Source of the DNA: an uncultured Gammaproteobacteria bacterium
GTDB taxonomy: Bacteria > Patescibacteriota > Microgenomatia > UBA8517
Assembly: GCA_964568925.1 (NCBI GenBank)
Contig: CAZMSJ010000001.1
Span: forward strand, 81,907-145,906
Reading direction: 5' to 3'
DNA: 64,000 nucleotides
Below are positions 58,770 to 64,000 of the stretch, piece after piece. The notes below the pieces were generated by a model. It was not told the origin of the DNA. It worked only from the letters and a program-made list of their open reading frames with translations, and ran no database searches. The position numbers and the translations under genes were made by a program. Within the stretch, counting starts at the first letter, position 1. Every line of letters begins with the position of its first letter.

Positions 58770-59677
58770 TATCTAAAAAAGAGAGAGATCGAGTACTCTC
58801 GTTAGTAATTCCTCCCGCATGGAAGTCTGTTGCCATTTCTTCAGATCCATATGGCCATATTCAAGCAGTTGGTGTTGATGCAAAGGGGCGAAAACAATAC
58901 ATATACCACTCTGATTGGGTAAAAAAGAGCCAGCAGAAAAAGTTTGATCAAATGATTGCCTTTGGTGAAAGCCTTCCAGCTCTAAGAGAGGCAATGGACT
59001 CGCATATGAGAGAACATTCATTAAGTCGTGATCGGGTTACTGCTACTGTTGTTTGGCTCCTTGAACACACCTTTATTCGTGTCGGAAACAAAGCGTATGC
59101 AGATGAAAATAAATCATACGGGTTAACTACCATGAGAGAAAAACACGTGGAGGTTGATGGAAATACTATTTCTTTTTCCTTCAAAGGGAAAAGTGGTGTC
59201 TATCATGAGTTAGCGATAACTCACCCACGAATTGCTCGTACAGTTCGCTCGTGTCTTGAGTTACCAGGGTATGAGCTGTTCCAGTATCTTGATGTAGATC
59301 ACAACCGGCAGACGGTTGATTCATCTGATGTAAATGCATATCTCCAAAAATATACTGGTGCAGACTTTTCGGCAAAAGATTTTCGAACCTGGGGAGGAAG
59401 TGTTTTAGCTGGAGATGATTTATATAAACGGGGAAATGCCGAAAATGAAAAGGCACGTAAAACGAATATTTCACAAGCTGTTGCTTCAGTTGCAAAACAC
59501 TTAGGAAACACCAAAACGGTTTGTCGTACCTACTATATTCATCCCACTGTCATTAACACCTACGAAAGGGAGATATTAGTTCCACATTTTGAAAAGTCAT
59601 ATAGTCAAAAAAACACAAAAAAAGAGGGGCTTACTAATGAAGAGAGAGCGCTTCTTTCACTTCTGAAAAACTACTGA
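58673..59677 (+). CDS. DNA topoisomerase IB (poxvirus-type bacterial TopIB)
   Basis: LVIPPAWKSVAISSDPYGHIQAVGVDAKGRKQYIYHSDW, SFSFKGKSGV, AKDFRTWGGS and the catalytic-Tyr context CRTYYIHP are present. The start is set at the ATG at 58673. Confidence 0.85.
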   Translation: MAQVHYTKEESLQWKRLKQGDMYRYVDENGDALSKKERDRVLSLVIPPAWKSVAISSDPYGHIQAVGVDAKGRKQYIYHSDWVKKSQQKKFDQMIAFGESLPALREAMDSHMREHSLSRDRVTATVVWLLEHTFIRVGNKAYADENKSYGLTTMREKHVEVDGNTISFSFKGKSGVYHELAITHPRIARTVRSCLELPGYELFQYLDVDHNRQTVDSSDVNAYLQKYTGADFSAKDFRTWGGSVLAGDDLYKRGNAENEKARKTNISQAVASVAKHLGNTKTVCRTYYIHPTVINTYEREILVPHFEKSYSQKNTKKEGLTNEERALLSLLKNY

Positions 59678-59740
59678 CCACAATCAATTGTAGTGGCATT
59701 GATATTGCTTTTGTTCCCTTTGGTATACTGTGACCTCTCT

Positions 59741-60055
59741 ATGCAAAGCACTTCATTTCGAGAACAAGTTTACGAATTGGCAAAGAAAATTCCGGTGGGC
59801 AAGGTTGCTACCTATGGTCAATTAGCCCGTTTGTCAGGACGGCCAAAGGCTTCACGCGCAATCGGTCTTTTTATGCGAACGAATCCAAATGCACCAGTTA
59901 CCCCATGTCATCGAGTTGTGTCGTCTTCTGGTGCTTTAACGGGATATTCGGCTGAAGGGGGAGTTGTGAAGAAAAGACTCATGCTTGAAAAAGAAGGAGT
60001 TTTGTTTGTCGGAGACAAAGTAAATTTAGATGTTTCTCAGTGGGACGGTAAATAA
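59741..60055 (+). CDS. MGMT-family protein (methylated-DNA-protein-cysteine methyltransferase DNA-binding domain, active-site Cys retained)
   Basis: IPVGKVATYGQLA...PCHRVV is the PCHR active-site motif. The start is the ATG at 59741, after TATACT. Confidence 0.75.
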   Translation: MQSTSFREQVYELAKKIPVGKVATYGQLARLSGRPKASRAIGLFMRTNPNAPVTPCHRVVSSSGALTGYSAEGGVVKKRLMLEKEGVLFVGDKVNLDVSQWDGK

Positions 60056-60066
60056 CCTATTTTCCA

Positions 60067-60094
60067 CAAAAAAGAGGCGATGCACGCCTCTTTG
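60067..60094 (-). terminator. Hairpin terminator between convergent genes (strong U-run on the minus strand)
   Basis: AGAGGCG (60073-60079) / CGCCTCT (60085-60091). The A6 run at 60067-60072 gives a U-run on the minus strand. Confidence 0.65.
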
Positions 60095-60100
60095 TGTATC

Positions 60101-60484
60101 CTAATCCTGCCAGTCCTTCATTACTTTCCACAATCTGTGGTTGATAATGTTCTTTCTTTCTACTTCTGTTATGTAACTGCCATCAAGATGGAGGTAATAA
60201 TGACCTTCTTTTGCTTTGATTGCAGTCAAACAAGACGTGAGCTCTTCCTCTGTTGTATGCTCACCAATTGCATAGCCAATAATCTCTTGCGATATTGAAT
60301 CTTTCAAAGTGTAGATGTGTTGACATCGGTTTGCTTTTGCAATTTCGACGCCAAAGTCACTATTTGCCTTCACAACTTGGCCAATAATAATCCCAGCAGA
60401 CTCATGCAGGATTGCAAAAATTGGGTAGCCCTTTCGTCCAGTCCCTGTGTTAAAGAAACCTAACACAAATTTTTCACTGATCAA
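60101..60484 (-). CDS. Hypothetical protein
   Basis: A TTG start lies 6 nt after AAGGAGG. 127 aa, with no motif recognised. Confidence 0.5.
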   Translation of the reverse strand: MISEKFVLGFFNTGTGRKGYPIFAILHESAGIIIGQVVKANSDFGVEIAKANRCQHIYTLKDSISQEIIGYAIGEHTTEEELTSCLTAIKAKEGHYYLHLDGSYITEVERKNIINHRLWKVMKDWQD

Positions 60485-60582
60485 CGCAAACCTCCTTTGT
60501 GGTTTGAAAACGCAAGTATATCCGATATTTTGTAAAAAAAGAAATTTTTAACCTAAGCTCACTCATACTGTATAGTAAAGGA

Positions 60583-60918
60583 ATGAATGAAATTGCTTGC
60601 CCAGTTTGCCACACACAGGTTCGGGCCATTGACTACTTTTGTTTCAATTGTGGTGCAAATTTGAAACCTAAACCAAAGTCAGTTGATGCGCTCGCACAGG
60701 TTTACCTCTATCTGGGCTCTTTTTTCCTTCCACCCATGGGGTATATTTGGGGAGCAAGATACTTGAAGGAGTCTGAACAGAAAGCCAAGGTTGTTGGTAT
60801 TATTGCGATGGTTATCACGACCGTTTCACTTGTGCTAACGATAGTTGCCGTTAAGCAGTTGTCAGACATGATAAACAGCCAAGTGAGTAGTGGGGTAATG
60901 AACTTGTTAGGTAACTGA
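60583..60918 (+). CDS. Zinc-ribbon membrane protein
   Basis: CPVCHTQVRAIDYFCFNCGANL followed by two TM helices. Confidence 0.6.
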   Translation: MNEIACPVCHTQVRAIDYFCFNCGANLKPKPKSVDALAQVYLYLGSFFLPPMGYIWGARYLKESEQKAKVVGIIAMVITTVSLVLTIVAVKQLSDMINSQVSSGVMNLLGN

Positions 60919-60930
60919 GGAGTAAAAAAA

Positions 60931-61314
60931 TTAGTTTTCTACATCAAACCAGTCAATTGGAGTTGTGTCATCTGGTTCTCCATTGTAGTTAACCAAGATT
61001 TCTTCATCTTTTTTAATATCTTTAATAGCGGTGTAGACCATGACTTGTTCCTTAAAGTTTTGCTTCCAATCTGCATTTGGTTCAAAAGAATGGTTATAAA
61101 TTGAACCGTATCCAAATGCAATCGCACCACTTCGAGTACTTCTCCATGGATACATATAGTGTGAGAGTGGAGTCTCTTCACAATGAGCACGATCTTTAGT
61201 ATCAAGTAAAAGAGTAGGTGCTTTTTCAATAACTTCACCTTTTTTAAAGTCTCGCAATGCATATACGCCAAGACCCTTTTTTCGTGTTTTTCTTACTTCA
61301 ATATCGTAACTCAT
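60931..61314 (-). CDS. SET-domain protein (putative lysine methyltransferase)
   Basis: KGLGVYALRDFKKGEVI, the YNHSFEPN (NHSxxPN) motif, and EEILVNYNG are present. Confidence 0.75.
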   Translation of the reverse strand: MSYDIEVRKTRKKGLGVYALRDFKKGEVIEKAPTLLLDTKDRAHCEETPLSHYMYPWRSTRSGAIAFGYGSIYNHSFEPNADWKQNFKEQVMVYTAIKDIKKDEEILVNYNGEPDDTTPIDWFDVEN

Positions 61315-61421
61315 TGCAAAATTCTAACAAACATTTTTGACAATTGCATCTACTGAAAATTATTGGTCAATGATCTTACTTGCGTGGCATCTTTATAAGG
61401 TGAGAGAATGAATTACCTGCT

Positions 61422-62630
61422 ATGAATAAAAGTTATAGTGCCCATGTTGTGAGTACAAAATTGATTGCAAAAGAGACATGGGAATGTGTCTTTGCAGTAG
61501 ATGACACCTTGTTTAGTTTTACTCCCGGGCAGTATGTGTGGGTCATTTTACCCAATCACAAAGAGCTTGATCCACGAGGAGAGCGCAGAGCTTTTTCTAT
61601 TACTTCAGTTCCCAATAGTGAGTCAACACTATCAATTGTTTTTCGAGAAAATACTGCAAGTGAATTTAAAAATGACTTAATTCATTTGTCTCCCGGTGAC
61701 GCAGTACAAATAGAGGGACCTTTTGGGGGATGGGCACCGTTTACAGATAATGTATGTATTGTGGCTGGTGGAGTAGGCATCGCACCATTCTTAAGTATTA
61801 TTCGAGATTTAGCTCCCAAGCAAATTAATTGTAAATTACAACTTTTGTTTGCAAACAGTAGTCAGGAAGATGTGTTTTATGAAGATGAGTTGCGTTCAAT
61901 TGAAAAAGAATGTGACAATTTCCATTTCAAAAAGGTAATTGGCACAATTCTTCCAGATCAATTAAAGGCAATGACTCCTGTTGGACCAACGAAGTGGCTT
62001 ATCGCCGGTTCACAATCAGTGGTCGATTCTGTAACGCAAATGTTACTGGTACAAGGTGTTTCACTTCATGACATGTTCTTTGAAGAACATTATCCACGAG
62101 TAGGTGAGTTTTACTTAACAGCAGAGGAATTGCTTTCAAATGAGGGAGTCAACTACTTTAAAAGTATTGTTGAGCAGTCTCTAAATCACATTATTGTGAC
62201 TGATATTGAAGGGGTAATTATCTATGCAAATCGGGCAGCAGAAAAGTTAACAGGCTATACCTTTGATGAAATGACTGGCCAAACTCCACGTTTGTGGGGT
62301 GGCCTCATGCCAAAAGAATTTTATATAAAAATGTGGCAAACGATAAAGGTAGACAAAGTTCCGTTCAAAGGAGAAATCACCAACAGAAAAAAAGATGGAA
62401 CGTTCTACCGTGCAATCGCGACCATTACTCCCGTTTTTCAAAGCAATAACCTCTTGATAGGGTTTTTAGGTGTTGAAGAAGATATTACGGCACACACAGA
62501 TACTGAAAAAGAGTTAATACAAAAGTCACAAGAGCTAGAGAGACTTAACAAACTGATGGTTGGTAGAGAGCTAAAAATGATTGAGTTAAAAAATCAGATT
62601 CGAAAACTTGAGTCACAACATGAAGGATAA
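61422..62630 (+). CDS. Ferredoxin-NADP reductase-like (FAD/NAD-binding) domain fused to a PAS domain
   Basis: RAFSITS is the RxYS-type FAD motif. GGVGIAPFLSI is the NAD(P)-binding motif. The PAS core follows (IIVTDIEGVIIYANRAAEKLTGYTFDEMTGQ...KKDGTFYRAIATITPV). The terminal helix is MVGRELKMIELKNQIRKLE. Confidence 0.75.
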   Translation: MNKSYSAHVVSTKLIAKETWECVFAVDDTLFSFTPGQYVWVILPNHKELDPRGERRAFSITSVPNSESTLSIVFRENTASEFKNDLIHLSPGDAVQIEGPFGGWAPFTDNVCIVAGGVGIAPFLSIIRDLAPKQINCKLQLLFANSSQEDVFYEDELRSIEKECDNFHFKKVIGTILPDQLKAMTPVGPTKWLIAGSQSVVDSVTQMLLVQGVSLHDMFFEEHYPRVGEFYLTAEELLSNEGVNYFKSIVEQSLNHIIVTDIEGVIIYANRAAEKLTGYTFDEMTGQTPRLWGGLMPKEFYIKMWQTIKVDKVPFKGEITNRKKDGTFYRAIATITPVFQSNNLLIGFLGVEEDITAHTDTEKELIQKSQELERLNKLMVGRELKMIELKNQIRKLESQHEG

Positions 62631-64000
62631 CAATCAAGAAAACATTGACTATCTAGAGAAGAGAAAGGCCATGCTTATCTATGGCTTTTCTTTCATTGGC
62701 TCAACTTCACTCTTTATCTTTGGTCTTTGGAACGTTGTCCTTGGTGCAACCATGTTAGGGTACTTTGAATTACTCGCCGCAGGAGTTGTTGTAATTAACA
62801 TGGTGTACTTTAAGTGGACAAATGAGAGATACATAAAGACCGTATCTGCAATTGTGTTGTTTATCCTGGCACTCGTTTTGGTTTCCTTGTATGTAACAGG
62901 AGGGCTTGGAGGAACAAGTGGTGTGTATTGGTTCTTCACCATGCCCGTTGTTGCTTTTTTTCTGGTTGGAAAAAAAGAAGGTGCCCTGTGGGTGGGGAGT
63001 GTCTTGTTAGTTACTGCACTTTCCTCATTAATCCTTCCAAATGAGCTCTCAGTTTATGACGCAGATCAGACTCGGCAACTTATTTTCTCAGTGATTGTTG
63101 TCTCCGCCATTGTGTACCTCTATTCAGATATCAATGAGAAAATTGAAAAGCATTTGATGCAACGGGAAAAGATGCTTGTTTCCTATTCCGAACAAATGTC
63201 TTCAAAGGGAGATGAACTTGTTGAGCAAAAGAAACAAGTTGATGAACAAAATATTGAACTAAATGACACGAAGCGAGCAATGCTTAACCTTCTTGAGGAT
63301 TCTAAAAATTTGGAAGAGCAGTTAAAGGCTGAGCGTGATCGAAGTAGTGCCATTATCACCTCCGTCGGTGAGGGGTTACTTGCAATCAATATGAATCACG
63401 AGATTACCTTGATTAATCCTGCTGCCCAAGAATTCTTAGAAGTTGATGAATCAGTTCTTGGAAAGAGGTGGACTGAAATTGTTTCAACACTTCGACACGG
63501 AGTAGAAACACCAGTTGAAGAGCGTTCGTTTTCTAAAACGCTTACTGATGGTCAGGTTGTTGTCATTAATCTTGAAGATGATCATTATTACAAAACACAT
63601 ACGGGAAAAAAGTTCCCAATCGTTTCAGTTACAGCACCAATTAAAAAAGATGGAGTTATCATCGGAGCTGTTAAAGCATTTCGTGTTGCGACTGATGACA
63701 AACATCAGCAACAGATTATTGAAGCTGAAGTTAAAAAGCAGACAGAGGAATTGCAAGATGAGCAAGCAAAGCTCTACTCATCCATTAACAGTCTTCCTAT
63801 TGGGTTTTTGATTGCAGACGCAAGCGACCGAATTATTGCAATTAACCCAATTGCCAAAAATATGATTTGGAACACCTCGACCCCAACGTCAGCTGCTGAG
63901 ATTGGAAAAAACCTTGGACCTGAAGTACAAAATGCATACGTTCAAAGTAAACATACACAAAAGCCAATTGAAATTAAACGGTTCACATTTGGAGCAAAGT
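62620..64000 (+). CDS. Membrane sensor protein with coiled-coil and PAS-like regions; 3' end truncated by the window
   Basis: I translated the frame from the ATG at 62620, which overlaps the upstream stop by 11 nt, and found it open to position 64000. It has about five TM helices, then KRAMLNLLEDSKNLEEQL and PAS-like segments (ITSVGEGLLAINMNHEITLINPAAQEFL; LPIGFLIADASDRIIAINPIAKNM). It is absent from the ORF track because it runs off the window. Confidence 0.65.
   Translation, partial: MKDNNQENIDYLEKRKAMLIYGFSFIGSTSLFIFGLWNVVLGATMLGYFELLAAGVVVINMVYFKWTNERYIKTVSAIVLFILALVLVSLYVTGGLGGTSGVYWFFTMPVVAFFLVGKKEGALWVGSVLLVTALSSLILPNELSVYDADQTRQLIFSVIVVSAIVYLYSDINEKIEKHLMQREKMLVSYSEQMSSKGDELVEQKKQVDEQNIELNDTKRAMLNLLEDSKNLEEQLKAERDRSSAIITSVGEGLLAINMNHEITLINPAAQEFLEVDESVLGKRWTEIVSTLRHGVETPVEERSFSKTLTDGQVVVINLEDDHYYKTHTGKKFPIVSVTAPIKKDGVIIGAVKAFRVATDDKHQQQIIEAEVKKQTEELQDEQAKLYSSINSLPIGFLIADASDRIIAINPIAKNMIWNTSTPTSAAEIGKNLGPEVQNAYVQSKHTQKPIEIKRFTFGAK

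Noticed and set aside
1-64000. A search for CRISPR arrays, rRNA genes, and transposase- or IS-type inverted repeats.
   Set aside because: I saw no regularly spaced repeat array, no rRNA-like conserved strings and no DDE or tyrosine-recombinase ORFs on either strand. The only recombinase is the serine integrase at 27130..28671.

Overview
This 64-kb chromosomal segment looks like a small-genome Patescibacteria/CPR-type bacterium. That placement is an inference from gene content only: tandem TrbC/VirB2-like pilin genes, a DUF5659 gene, many tiny membrane proteins, and TATAAT boxes sitting 5-9 nt from start codons. No rRNA genes or CRISPR arrays were seen.

Layout:
- 0.1-5.2 kb: nine tandem pilin-like genes on the minus strand. 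Three carry large Cys-rich N-terminal ectodomains.
- 5.2-26.5 kb: housekeeping genes. These include a SpoIID-like protein, smpB with tmRNA, comF, a tRNA island with five Ser-type and two Arg tRNAs plus a free-standing LAGLIDADG endonuclease, purF, a TrmH-like methyltransferase, and dnaG-rpoD.
- 26.5-37 kb: the most unusual part. A tRNA-Asn(GUU) gene is split by a ~520-nt group I intron carrying an HNH ORF. It is directly abutted by a large serine recombinase and a ~10-kb low-GC, single-strand gene block (Toprim/DUF3631 primase, DUF669-like, DUF5659-like, and several large orphan ORFs). I read this block as an integrative plasmid- or satellite-like element with no recognisable virion genes.
- 37-45 kb: a LasA-like M23A peptidase with beta/gamma-crystallin-like and PKD-like repeats, then a second low-GC block. 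That block has three zinc-ribbon proteins, a trypsin-like protease, a DUF4352-like protein and an XRE regulator.
- 45-64 kb: accessory stress and detoxification genes (VOC, cupin, DinB, SDR, DUF families), topoisomerase IB, a SET-domain protein, and three PAS proteins, one fused to an FNR-like reductase.

All family assignments come from motif reading and memory, not from database searches.
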